Positions 19,831 through 30,852 of a stretch of DNA of 64,000 nt are shown piece by piece. The translations under genes were made by a program, and so were the position numbers. A model generated the notes under the pieces. The model made no database searches and was not told where the DNA came from. It saw nothing but the letters and a program-made list of their open reading frames with translations. The stretch's first letter is position 1. Every line of letters starts with the position of its first letter. The DNA lies in the sequence record NC_005260.1. One strand, written 5' to 3'.

Positions 19831-21435
19831 ATGCCAATTAGAATTGCGGGTCAAAATGGGGAGCTGCATTATGCAGCCCCCAAAGTTTATAACGGATATT
19901 GGAGAAATTCCGTTGCTTGGGTATATTCGGGTGGCGCATGGCGTCGCACATACGATCCAACAGATGAAAACCTTTTAATCAATAGTCGATTGCTAAATGG
20001 CACCGATTATTTCATATACGCGGACGGAAGAGTGATTGGTTTCACGCCTCCTGGTTGGAGTGCTTATTCAAATGCTTCTCAAGTAGGAGGAAACGCATAT
20101 GCGTATTATTCCAACAGAGAAGATGAATATAGCAGAGCTTACACGTTTAAAGCCGCAAATAGTCGTATGTTCTTCCAGACAAGAATATATCTCAGACAAG
20201 GAGAAACATACAACGCGAGCGCGTTTGTTCATTCCATCAACTTACAAGTCGGAAGAAAGTCGTTTGATATTTTCGTTGACGGTGTTGCATCGAATAAACA
20301 ATCGGATTACATTCAGATGATCAATCATTTTCCAACTGTTCCTGAGTTGAAAGCAAACACAAGAGTACAAGCAACGTTCAAAGCACTAAAGGATTGTTTG
20401 GTACAGTTTAATATCGGCGTTGGTGTCGATTACAACGACAGTGGAGAGATTCAAGTAAGCCAGCCAATGGTAACTAAGTCTAGTGCATTGCTATCGTACC
20501 AACCGACTCCTAAAGATACCAATTACAATGCGATCATCATGAAAGATACATACATGAAATTGAACAAGACTCTTCCTCCAATCGCAGGAACAAATCATTT
20601 GGAGTCTAGTGTTCAATTACTCGATAATGCATCAAATCGCATTATGATTATCGGATACAATAACGACATTTCAACATCTGGAATCGGAGTTGATATATCC
20701 AAAAACACACTATTTGTTATGGCAGAAGATGTTATAACTCATGAGGTACAAATCAATCAGCCTATTCCGAAAAATCAAGTGTTTGGTGCCGGTATATGGT
20801 TTGACGTTTCCGGTTCTTATATCAAGAACATTAGATTACATGCAAACGGCGAATTGATTGCTAGAATCCCAGACACAACTTCGGTTGTTGCTGCTACTAA
20901 TTTTGTGTTCGGTAGTAAGCAGTATCCTATAACAGGAGTCATTGTCGAGCAATTCGGGATGTTCGTTAACGGACGAAATCACATTTTCAATATCGAAGAG
21001 GGATCGGGGAATATTTCTAGCGAAACTCCTAGTCCTGATAATCTGACGGTTGACTTTGGGACAGACGAAACGAAATATGAATGGCTTGGAGCATTGCTAC
21101 CTAAGATCACAGTTCAACCAGCAGATGAATATATCGGAACATCTGGTATGTCGGTTGAACTTGTATCGTCAGGAAGCAATTACGACGCTATAGAATGGAG
21201 AACTCAATACGGACAAATCGCGAACTCGAATACAAACAATATCACAGTATTGGTTTCCGATGATTACGATTACGGCTTGGTATATCACGCGGTGTATAAG
21301 AATCGATTTGGCAGTGTTGAAACAATAAAAACAAAAATCTCCGCATTCCCAACTCCTAAAAAGCTGATGCAAACGGAGAAGGGTGAACAGTTGGGTACAG
21401 AGGACGATAAGTTAATCGAAACTCAACAGCCTTAA
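19831..21435 (+). CDS. Wac-associated structural protein: carbohydrate-binding/LamG-like beta domains plus C-terminal Ig-like domain
   Basis: 534 aa, beta-rich; ITVQPAD..EW..Y.AVYKNRFGSV Ig pattern; co-transcribed after wac. Confidence 0.55.
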   Translation: MPIRIAGQNGELHYAAPKVYNGYWRNSVAWVYSGGAWRRTYDPTDENLLINSRLLNGTDYFIYADGRVIGFTPPGWSAYSNASQVGGNAYAYYSNREDEYSRAYTFKAANSRMFFQTRIYLRQGETYNASAFVHSINLQVGRKSFDIFVDGVASNKQSDYIQMINHFPTVPELKANTRVQATFKALKDCLVQFNIGVGVDYNDSGEIQVSQPMVTKSSALLSYQPTPKDTNYNAIIMKDTYMKLNKTLPPIAGTNHLESSVQLLDNASNRIMIIGYNNDISTSGIGVDISKNTLFVMAEDVITHEVQINQPIPKNQVFGAGIWFDVSGSYIKNIRLHANGELIARIPDTTSVVAATNFVFGSKQYPITGVIVEQFGMFVNGRNHIFNIEEGSGNISSETPSPDNLTVDFGTDETKYEWLGALLPKITVQPADEYIGTSGMSVELVSSGSNYDAIEWRTQYGQIANSNTNNITVLVSDDYDYGLVYHAVYKNRFGSVETIKTKISAFPTPKKLMQTEKGEQLGTEDDKLIETQQP

Positions 21436-21444
21436 GGAGGCTAT

Positions 21445-22050
21445 ATGCCTACAATTAAGATTTCCGACCTAAATCATGTCGATGAATATACTGGCAATGA
21501 ATTTGGACAAGTAATTCAGAACGGAAGCAATAAAAAGGCCGTTCTATTATTTGCCGATGCCAATAATAAAATTGTTATACCGAGTGGATTTACTGTTCAC
21601 GCCGAGACAGACAACGGACTTAAAAACGTTATTGAATTGACGCAAGACGGTAAATCATTCTATCTTGGACCGAAAAGTGTTCGTCCTGTTATTGAAGCTG
21701 ATATTTCGGGAATGGTAGTGAAAAACATTACTATACCTAATAATACTGGCTACTACGCAATGAGCACAGAAGGCGAAAGAAAATGCCTGATTAAACTTGG
21801 TAACGACAACAAGGTAACTATCGGAGACGATAAAGCCTCATTGACTTTGATGCAGGGATCCAATCATGAAATATCAGTTAGACGCGAAAGCTTGCCAGGA
21901 AATAATGATTGGTCGGATTATCGTTTGATCGACACAGGATTGTTTAAGGATTATTTCGTCATACACATGGACTCAGTTTATACCTACGGTAATGCTGACC
22001 CAGATGACAACGACGGATATCCAGACGGACACCTTTACATCAAATACTAA
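21445..22050 (+). CDS. Wac-associated fibre-like protein
   Basis: MPTIKISDL N-terminus, Wac-like VTIGDDKA repeat, C-terminal ADPDDNDGYPDGHLYIKY; AAGGAGG SD. Confidence 0.5.
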   Translation: MPTIKISDLNHVDEYTGNEFGQVIQNGSNKKAVLLFADANNKIVIPSGFTVHAETDNGLKNVIELTQDGKSFYLGPKSVRPVIEADISGMVVKNITIPNNTGYYAMSTEGERKCLIKLGNDNKVTIGDDKASLTLMQGSNHEISVRRESLPGNNDWSDYRLIDTGLFKDYFVIHMDSVYTYGNADPDDNDGYPDGHLYIKY

Positions 22051-22053
22051 TCA

Positions 22054-22075
22054 AACGGCGGGGAAACTCGCCGTT
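22054..22075 (+). other. GNRA hairpin without U-tract
   Basis: AACGGCGGG-GAAA-CTCGCCGTT. Confidence 0.55.
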
Positions 22076-22092
22076 ATATGGAGGTAAGATTT

Positions 22093-22242
22093 TTGTTCAT
22101 CAAGATAAATAACACTAGCACACCCTGCGAAGTTCGTTTAAAGATCAACGGACAATATAAGTCAGGAACTGCCTACATCAAAGTAAACGGTAAATACCAA
22201 CCGGTAAACAGCCAGACAACAAACTTAAAGCTGAAAGGCTAA
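22093..22242 (+). CDS. Small beta-rich protein (49 aa, below the ORF-track cutoff)
   Basis: GGAGG SD then TTG; MFIKINNTSTPCEVRLKINGQYKSGTAYIKVNGKYQPV...; fills the gap between neighbouring ORFs. Confidence 0.6.
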   Translation: MFIKINNTSTPCEVRLKINGQYKSGTAYIKVNGKYQPVNSQTTNLKLKG

Positions 22243-22251
22243 GGATTTAAA

Positions 22252-22449
22252 ATGCAAGCGATTATTTTGTTTATGCTCAAGCGAGTTGGCACCGAAGTGT
22301 TGCTACAAATGCTAAAGCAGTTAGTAAAGATTCTGGAAAAGCGTATTGACAACAACTTTGGTTCCGATGACGTTGACGCAATTGAAAAGCGTGTTGATGT
22401 TGCGAAAGATCCAGTTGCTGCACCAATCGCGCATCCAGGAAAAGAATAA
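22252..22449 (+). CDS. Hypothetical protein (65 aa)
   Basis: AAGGA SD, ATG, fills gap before gene 13. Confidence 0.6.
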   Translation: MQAIILFMLKRVGTEVLLQMLKQLVKILEKRIDNNFGSDDVDAIEKRVDVAKDPVAAPIAHPGKE

Positions 22450-22464
22450 AGGAGACTAGCCGAG

Positions 22465-23385
22465 ATGATGTCAAATAATTTTGTTAGGAACCCAAGAGAG
22501 CTTAAAGATCTTATTTTGAGACGTCTTGGCGCTCCTGTAATTCAGGTTGAAGTAACCGAAGACCATATTTACGATAGTATCGGTAGAGCACTAGAACTCT
22601 ACAAAGAATATCACCACGACGGTTTGAATAAAGCATATCTAAGTGTTAAACTTAATCAAGAACAAGCGGCAACCGGATACATCGATATTTCTGCGTATCC
22701 TGTGTTTGCTATCACCAAAATCATTCGTCATAAATCCATGATGTGGGGTGGATTGGGAGGTGGAGCGACATTGAATTTCTTCACTGACTTTTTGACGACG
22801 CTAGGTGGAGGCCCACAAGGAATTAGTTATCACGGACCATTTGGTGCGTTGGGTAATATAGGTTTCTTTGCTCAGTTCCAAAGCTATCAGAATATGATGA
22901 TGGATCAACTTGACCCTCTTCCAGATTATTGGCTAGACCCAGTTAATGGTGTTGTTCAGTTAACTGGCAATTTCAGAGAAAATGACGTTATTATCATGGA
23001 AGTTCATATCCAGAACTTTGTTGAACTGGAGAAATCCGTTCGTGGAGTTGCTGGAGCTGGAATCGTGGCCGGAGGCCCAACGAGTGCTGATAACAAAGAC
23101 AAGTGGATGAATCCGTATTCTAGAATGCCGTCAAACGTCGCTGGACGCGCTAGGAGCGAATTCCCAGATCAGGGCGTATACAACGTCAGATGGGTAAAGG
23201 ATTACGCTACCACGCTCACCAAAGAAGTTTGGGGTGAAATCTTAGCTAAACATCAAGGTATGTCGCTGCCTGGTGGTGTTACTGTAGACGGAACACGACT
23301 TGTTGAAGAAGCTAGACAAGAAAAAGAAGTGTTGCGCCAAGAGCTACTGCTTTTGGAAGAGCCGCTTCCCATTTTAATGGGGTAA
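22465..23385 (+). CDS. 13: Neck protein gp13
   Basis: NPRELKDLILRRLGAPVIQVEVT; HQGMSLPGGVTVDG. Confidence 0.95.
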   Translation: MMSNNFVRNPRELKDLILRRLGAPVIQVEVTEDHIYDSIGRALELYKEYHHDGLNKAYLSVKLNQEQAATGYIDISAYPVFAITKIIRHKSMMWGGLGGGATLNFFTDFLTTLGGGPQGISYHGPFGALGNIGFFAQFQSYQNMMMDQLDPLPDYWLDPVNGVVQLTGNFRENDVIIMEVHIQNFVELEKSVRGVAGAGIVAGGPTSADNKDKWMNPYSRMPSNVAGRARSEFPDQGVYNVRWVKDYATTLTKEVWGEILAKHQGMSLPGGVTVDGTRLVEEARQEKEVLRQELLLLEEPLPILMG

Positions 23386-23388
23386 TCG

Positions 23389-24177
23389 ATGTTTGCACGT
23401 AATCAAAGCATGTTCGCCCAGCTCGAAACCGGAGCTGGGTACAATAAGACTTATCAAACTAATGTATTAAACCCATATGTGAATAAACATGAATATGAGC
23501 CTACTCTTTCGTTGCACGAAATGCTTGTTGCTGAATCTATTCAGATGACTGGTGTTGAAATGTATTATATTCGCCGTGAGTTCGTGAACTTTGATCGAAT
23601 TTTTGGCGAAGATATGCAATCCAAGTTTAAGAAGACGTATAAAGTCGCGATGTATTTGGAGAGTTTCGATGAATATAGCGGACAAAGGGACTTCTTCTCC
23701 AAATTCGGTATGCAAGTCAACGACGAAATAACAATGTCTGTTAGTCCTAAGCTGTTTGAAACCCAAGCAGACGGAGATCGAGTTAAGGAAGGAGATCTGA
23801 TTTATTTCCCACTGAATAATAGCCTGTTTGAAGTTACTTGGGTAGAGCCATCGTCTCCTGTTGTTAAGAGAGAACAGCTTGCCAAATATAAAGTAACTGC
23901 ACAGAAATTTATCTACAGTGGTGAGGAAATCAAGCCTGAGTTTGATCCAAATCGGTATGTGCTCGGAGAAGATGACCCGCTATCTCAGATCAAGGCACTT
24001 GACGGACGCGCGGATATCTCATTGGACGAGTTCGCAGAAGATGACGCATTCAACGAAGAGGCGGAAGATTTTGTTGTTGAGTTTGACAATATTATCGGAA
24101 ACGGTACACCAATAGCAGAGCACAAGCCTACTAAGCCAGCGCCTGTTAGTGCATTCGATGATCTAGAATCGTTTTAA
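23389..24177 (+). CDS. 14: Neck protein gp14
   Basis: LVAESIQMTGVEMYYIRR, FFSKFGMQVNDE, EGDLIYFP. Confidence 0.95.
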   Translation: MFARNQSMFAQLETGAGYNKTYQTNVLNPYVNKHEYEPTLSLHEMLVAESIQMTGVEMYYIRREFVNFDRIFGEDMQSKFKKTYKVAMYLESFDEYSGQRDFFSKFGMQVNDEITMSVSPKLFETQADGDRVKEGDLIYFPLNNSLFEVTWVEPSSPVVKREQLAKYKVTAQKFIYSGEEIKPEFDPNRYVLGEDDPLSQIKALDGRADISLDEFAEDDAFNEEAEDFVVEFDNIIGNGTPIAEHKPTKPAPVSAFDDLESF

Positions 24178-24179
24178 GT

Positions 24180-24203
24180 AAGAGCCCGTTATGGGCTCTT
24201 TTT
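24180..24203 (+). terminator. Intrinsic terminator after gene 14
   Basis: AAGAGCCC/GGGCTCTT followed by TTT. Confidence 0.8.
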
Positions 24204-24794
24204 GTATGTGGAACACGACTCGCAAATTGAGTCGGATTTGATTCGACGCAACGAGAGATCGAAGTTGCCGTGTTGCTTGCAAGTGACTTGATATTGTGTG
24301 CTGTTACCAGCCCATCCAGAGACTTGACGAATAGCGTAGCCGTGTTTCTTTGCATAGTCGCTAGTGATCTGAATTGCAAGATGTTTCGGCTTTTTGTTTT
24401 GTATGCCAGTGCATACGGTACAAGTCGGCGCGTCGAACATGACCTTACCTACCTTCTCATAGAAAATGTGACCGTGTTCGCAAGTCAAAGCGAGTTGACT
24501 ATCACGATGCCACTCTTCTTTTTGAGAAGGAGGCATATGAAGTCCAAACGTCGTGCTTGACAAGTTGCGACGCACCAGGGTTTCTTTTTGTTGTGCATTG
24601 AACGGGTAGCGTCGATTACACCAACACATGAGTCGTTCAATCTGCTGAAATGTACCAGGGAACACCGGCTTACCTAGCCATGTTTTCTTTGAGCACTCTT
24701 CACAGACACAAGCATACACCTTGTTTCTAGCATTGTCAACACAAATTATACGTGTGATAGTGAAATGAGCAATTTTCATACCGATTCTGTTCAT
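24189..24794 (-). CDS. Cys/His-rich Zn-ribbon repeat protein (homing-endonuclease-like DNA-binding arm, no recognisable nuclease domain)
   Basis: CVCEEC, CWC, CEHGH, CTVC, CKQHG, CESC motifs; antisense within the late operon. Confidence 0.55.
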   Translation of the reverse strand: MNRIGMKIAHFTITRIICVDNARNKVYACVCEECSKKTWLGKPVFPGTFQQIERLMCWCNRRYPFNAQQKETLVRRNLSSTTFGLHMPPSQKEEWHRDSQLALTCEHGHIFYEKVGKVMFDAPTCTVCTGIQNKKPKHLAIQITSDYAKKHGYAIRQVSGWAGNSTQYQVTCKQHGNFDLSLRRIKSDSICESCSTYKKSP

Positions 24795-24806
24795 AATCTA
24801 TACTCT

Positions 24807-24931
24807 TCCAGAAAGTCGCGCCAGCGACTGCGAAGCTAACTTATTGATTTCATTAAAGAAGACAAAATAGATTCTCATTAAAGATCTATAAGAGATTTTA
24901 TTTTGTCTTTTTAGCGGCTGCGCCGCAGTCT
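24807..24931. repeat. Dispersed structured repeat, copy 1
   Basis: Core 24834-24911 is 76/78 identical to 63091-63168; 24912-24931 is 19/20 identical to 63175-63194; 11-bp inverted repeat AAGACAAAATA/TATTTTGTCTT. Confidence 0.95.
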
Positions 24932-24935
24932 TCGA

Positions 24936-24942
24936 CTAAATA
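24936..24942 (+). promoter_or_regulatory. Late promoter CTAAATA (gene 15)
   Basis: Upstream of AAGGAGG SD of gene 15. Confidence 0.75.
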
Positions 24943-24961
24943 CAAGTAAAGGAGGATACCA

Positions 24962-25785
24962 ATGTTTGGGTATTTTTACAACAGCATTTCAAGACGCTAC
25001 ATTGTTCTAATGGGACAACTGTTCAACGGTATACAGGTAGCGCGTGAACGAGACGGCAAAGTATCGTATCAAAAAGTACCAATCACCTACGCTAGTAAAG
25101 AACGTTTTACCGCAAAACTCAACAGCGTTAACAGTAACATCGACGAAAACGGAGTTGCTCGCATCGAGACGATTTTGCCACGTATGAACTTGGAACTACT
25201 TGACATGGTATATAACCCTATGTTCAAGACCGGTGTCAACGTGAGATCGCAATCGCTAGGAGCGGGTGCGTCGGTATCTCGTAATAATCCGGTACCATAC
25301 AAGTATCTTTTTGGCTTGTCAATAGCTACCAGATTTGAGGATGACATGTTTCAAATTATTGAGCAAATCATTCCTTATTTTCAACCAAACTTCACAACCA
25401 AGATTACGGAACTTCACGATAGCTTAACACCGATAGATCGCGATATTCAGATCACAATACAAGGTGTTTCTATTTCAGAGGATCTTGAAGGAGCTCCTAC
25501 CGAGCGTCGTCGTATTCAGTGGGATATTACGTTCGAACTCGACGGCTGGCTATATCCTCCAATCGCGAACTTGAAAGGCGAAATTAAGACAATTTACATT
25601 GACTTTTTCTCCAACAAGACCGAGCTGAAATCTAGCGAAGATAATTTTGAGTCTGTTGACTTCGAGGTTGATCCTAGAACTGCGACTAAAGAAGAATGGG
25701 ATGGTAAATATATAGAGACAGCAAGCGAGAATATTCCTATTCCGCGAGATCCTAATAAACCGGGACCCAGAGGTAAAAAATTAAA

Positions 25786-25789
<4 letters not shown>
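24962..25789 (+). CDS. 15: Tail sheath terminator gp15
   Basis: MFGYFYNSISRRYIVLMGQLF, VPITYASKERF, ETILPRMN. Confidence 0.96.
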
Positions 25790-28189
<2,400 letters not shown>

Positions 28190-28198
28190 GGAAAACAA

Positions 28199-30238
28199 AT
28201 GACATTACTTTCTCCGGGTGTAGAGACTAAAGAAATTAATTTGCAAACCACCATTGCACGATCTTCTACTGGGCGCGCTGCGCTTGTAGGAAAGTTCAAC
28301 TGGGGTCCTGCTTATCAAATTTCCCAAGTAGTCTCAGAAGTTGATTTAGTAGACAAGTTTGGTCGCCCCGACGATCAGACCGCTGATAGTTTCTTTAGCG
28401 GAGTCAACTTCTTGAATTACGGCAACGATCTGCGTCTTGTCCGTGTTCTAAACGAAACAAAGAGCCGTAACTCCTCTGCTCTATATCAGAGCTTGAGTTA
28501 TACGATCACCTCTCCTGGTGTCGATTATAAAGTTGGTGATGTTGTTAACGTATTGCAGGGCGGTAACGTCATTGCGACAGGTAAAGTTACCGTAGTTAAT
28601 GCGTCCGGTGGCATCGTTGCGTTTTACGTTCCTACCGCTGCGATCATTGATAAAGCGAAATCTTTGAATGATTATCCTGCGCTGGACAACGCTTGGCAAA
28701 TTCAATTTGCTGCCGGTGGTCCCGGAGCGGGTCAAGCTGCAACTGCAACCGTTGTTGGAATTAACCTGGACTCTACCATTTTTGTTCCAAATGACGAATA
28801 CGCAATGTCTGCGATTTCCGAGCGTAGCGAAACTAAGCGTACATTCATTGATATCTGCGAAGAAATGAAAGTTCCCGCTATTGTTGCACGGTATGCAGGT
28901 ACATATGGAGATAACATCAAAGTTCTGATGATCGCTTATAAGGATTATTACAAGTTCAACGAAGCGGGTAAAATCGTTAGCGTTAACACTATTAATCCGA
29001 AAGTGTTCCCAACTGGCCTAGATTACGGCAACGTAACTCCTAGCTCCTATTTGGAATTCGGTCCTCAAAACGAAAGTCAATTCGCTTTCATCGTTTTCAA
29101 TAACGGCGTAGCTGTTGAGTCCAAAATTCTGAGTACCAAACCGGGTGATCGTGATATTTACGGAACAAGTATCTATATCAACGAATATTTCGGCAACGGA
29201 TATAGCTCGTTTGTTCAGGGTGTGGCAGAAAGCTGGCCTGTTGGATATACCGGTGTTCTTGCATTTGGTGGTGGTCAATCTTCTAATACCGATATTTCTG
29301 CTGCTGAGTTCATGAAGGGATGGGATATGTTTGCAGATCGCGAACACACCGACGTTAACTTGTTTATTGCTGGTGCAGTTGCTGGCGAAGGAGCCCAAAT
29401 TGCTTCTACTGTTCAAAAGGCAGTTGTTGCTATTGCTGACGAACGTCGTGATTGTCTGGTACTTATTTCGCCTCCGCGCGAATATATGATCAACCAGCCA
29501 GCCGCTAGTGTTGTTCGTAAACTTGTTGACTGGAGACGTGGTGTTAACCAAGCCGGTATTTCTCTTGATGACAACATGAATATTGGTACCACTTATGCGT
29601 CTGTGGACGGCAACTATAAATACCAATACGATAAGTATAATGACGTTAATCGTTGGATTCCACTTGCTGCTGATATTGCTGGTCTGTGCGCTCGTACCGA
29701 TACAGTTGGTCAGCCATGGCAGTCTCCTGCTGGTTTCAACCGCGGACAGATCGTGAACGTTATTAAACTAGCTGTTGATACCCGTCAAGCTCACCGCGAT
29801 GAAATGTATACCAACGGTATTAACCCGATTGTTGGATTTGCTGGACAGGGATATATTCTGTATGGCGACAAGACTGCAAGCCAGGCACCGACTCCGTTTG
29901 ATCGTATTAACGTTCGTCGTCTGTTTAACTTGCTGAAAAAGTCAATCAGCGAAAGCGCGAAATATAAACTGTTTGAATTGAACGACGCATTCACCCGTTC
30001 TAGCTTCCGCTCGGAAGTTGGCTCTTATCTGGATACAATTCGTTCACTGGGCGGTATTTATGATTTCCGCGTTGTTTGTGACGAAAGCAACAACACTCCT
30101 GCGGTTATCGACCGTAACGAGTTCGTGGCTACTATTCTGATCAAGCCAGCTCGTTCTATCAACTATATCACTCTGTCATTCGTTGCTACTAGCACCGGTG
30201 CAGATTTCGATGAACTCGTTGGTAGTTTTCAACAGTAA
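28199..30238 (+). CDS. 18: Tail sheath protein gp18
   Basis: MTLLSPGVETKEI, WQSPAGFNRG, FDRINVRRLF. Confidence 0.98.
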   Translation: MTLLSPGVETKEINLQTTIARSSTGRAALVGKFNWGPAYQISQVVSEVDLVDKFGRPDDQTADSFFSGVNFLNYGNDLRLVRVLNETKSRNSSALYQSLSYTITSPGVDYKVGDVVNVLQGGNVIATGKVTVVNASGGIVAFYVPTAAIIDKAKSLNDYPALDNAWQIQFAAGGPGAGQAATATVVGINLDSTIFVPNDEYAMSAISERSETKRTFIDICEEMKVPAIVARYAGTYGDNIKVLMIAYKDYYKFNEAGKIVSVNTINPKVFPTGLDYGNVTPSSYLEFGPQNESQFAFIVFNNGVAVESKILSTKPGDRDIYGTSIYINEYFGNGYSSFVQGVAESWPVGYTGVLAFGGGQSSNTDISAAEFMKGWDMFADREHTDVNLFIAGAVAGEGAQIASTVQKAVVAIADERRDCLVLISPPREYMINQPAASVVRKLVDWRRGVNQAGISLDDNMNIGTTYASVDGNYKYQYDKYNDVNRWIPLAADIAGLCARTDTVGQPWQSPAGFNRGQIVNVIKLAVDTRQAHRDEMYTNGINPIVGFAGQGYILYGDKTASQAPTPFDRINVRRLFNLLKKSISESAKYKLFELNDAFTRSSFRSEVGSYLDTIRSLGGIYDFRVVCDESNNTPAVIDRNEFVATILIKPARSINYITLSFVATSTGADFDELVGSFQQ

Positions 30239-30243
30239 TCAAT

Positions 30244-30263
30244 GAGGGGTGGAAACACCCCTC
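30244..30263 (+). other. GNRA hairpin between 18 and 19, no U-tract
   Basis: GAGGGGTG-GAAA-CACCCCTC. Confidence 0.6.
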
Positions 30264-30269
30264 TAAATA
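30263..30269 (+). promoter_or_regulatory. Late promoter CTAAATA (gene 19)
   Basis: Intergenic 18/19. Confidence 0.75.
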
Positions 30270-30287
30270 ACTTCACAGAGGAACAAA

Positions 30288-30776
30288 ATGGAACTAACCG
30301 ATATTTCTCGTGCTTATTCCAACGGAGACTTTGCGCGTCCGAACTTGTTTGAAGTTGAAATTCCTTTCATGGGAAAAGATTTCAAATTCAAGTGTAAGGG
30401 TGCGTCTATGCCTCCTGGTGTAGTCGAGCCAGTTCCTGTAAGCTATCAAAATAAAAAAATGAAGCTGGCAGGAGATCGTACATTCGAAGACTGGACAATT
30501 ACCGTCTATAACGACGAAGCACACAATACTCGCCAACAATTCATTGAATGGCAAAATCTAGCACAAGCTCTGGATCGTAATATTCTGGGCGAAGCTCCAG
30601 CGTCTTATAAGAAAGAGGCTACCGTTCGTCAACTAGATCGCAAGGGAAAACAAACCCGTCAATATACCGTATATGGCGCATGGCCAACTAATATTGCCGA
30701 GATTGCTCTGTCATGGGATCAAAACAACGAAGTGGAAACATTTGAAGTCACTCTATCGATTGACTGGTGGCAATAA
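30288..30776 (+). CDS. 19: Tail tube protein gp19
   Basis: DFARPNLFEVEIP, AGDRTFEDWTITVYND. Confidence 0.97.
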   Translation: MELTDISRAYSNGDFARPNLFEVEIPFMGKDFKFKCKGASMPPGVVEPVPVSYQNKKMKLAGDRTFEDWTITVYNDEAHNTRQQFIEWQNLAQALDRNILGEAPASYKKEATVRQLDRKGKQTRQYTVYGAWPTNIAEIALSWDQNNEVETFEVTLSIDWWQ

Positions 30777-30826
30777 TAAGAATGGGCGAGTTTTCGCCCG
30801 TTCATTAATGCCTCTTTTTAAGACAG

Positions 30827-30833
30827 CTAAATA
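30827..30833 (+). promoter_or_regulatory. Late promoter CTAAATA (gene 20)
   Basis: Intergenic 19/20. Confidence 0.75.
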
Positions 30834-30852
30834 ATATAAGAAGGAGACATTA

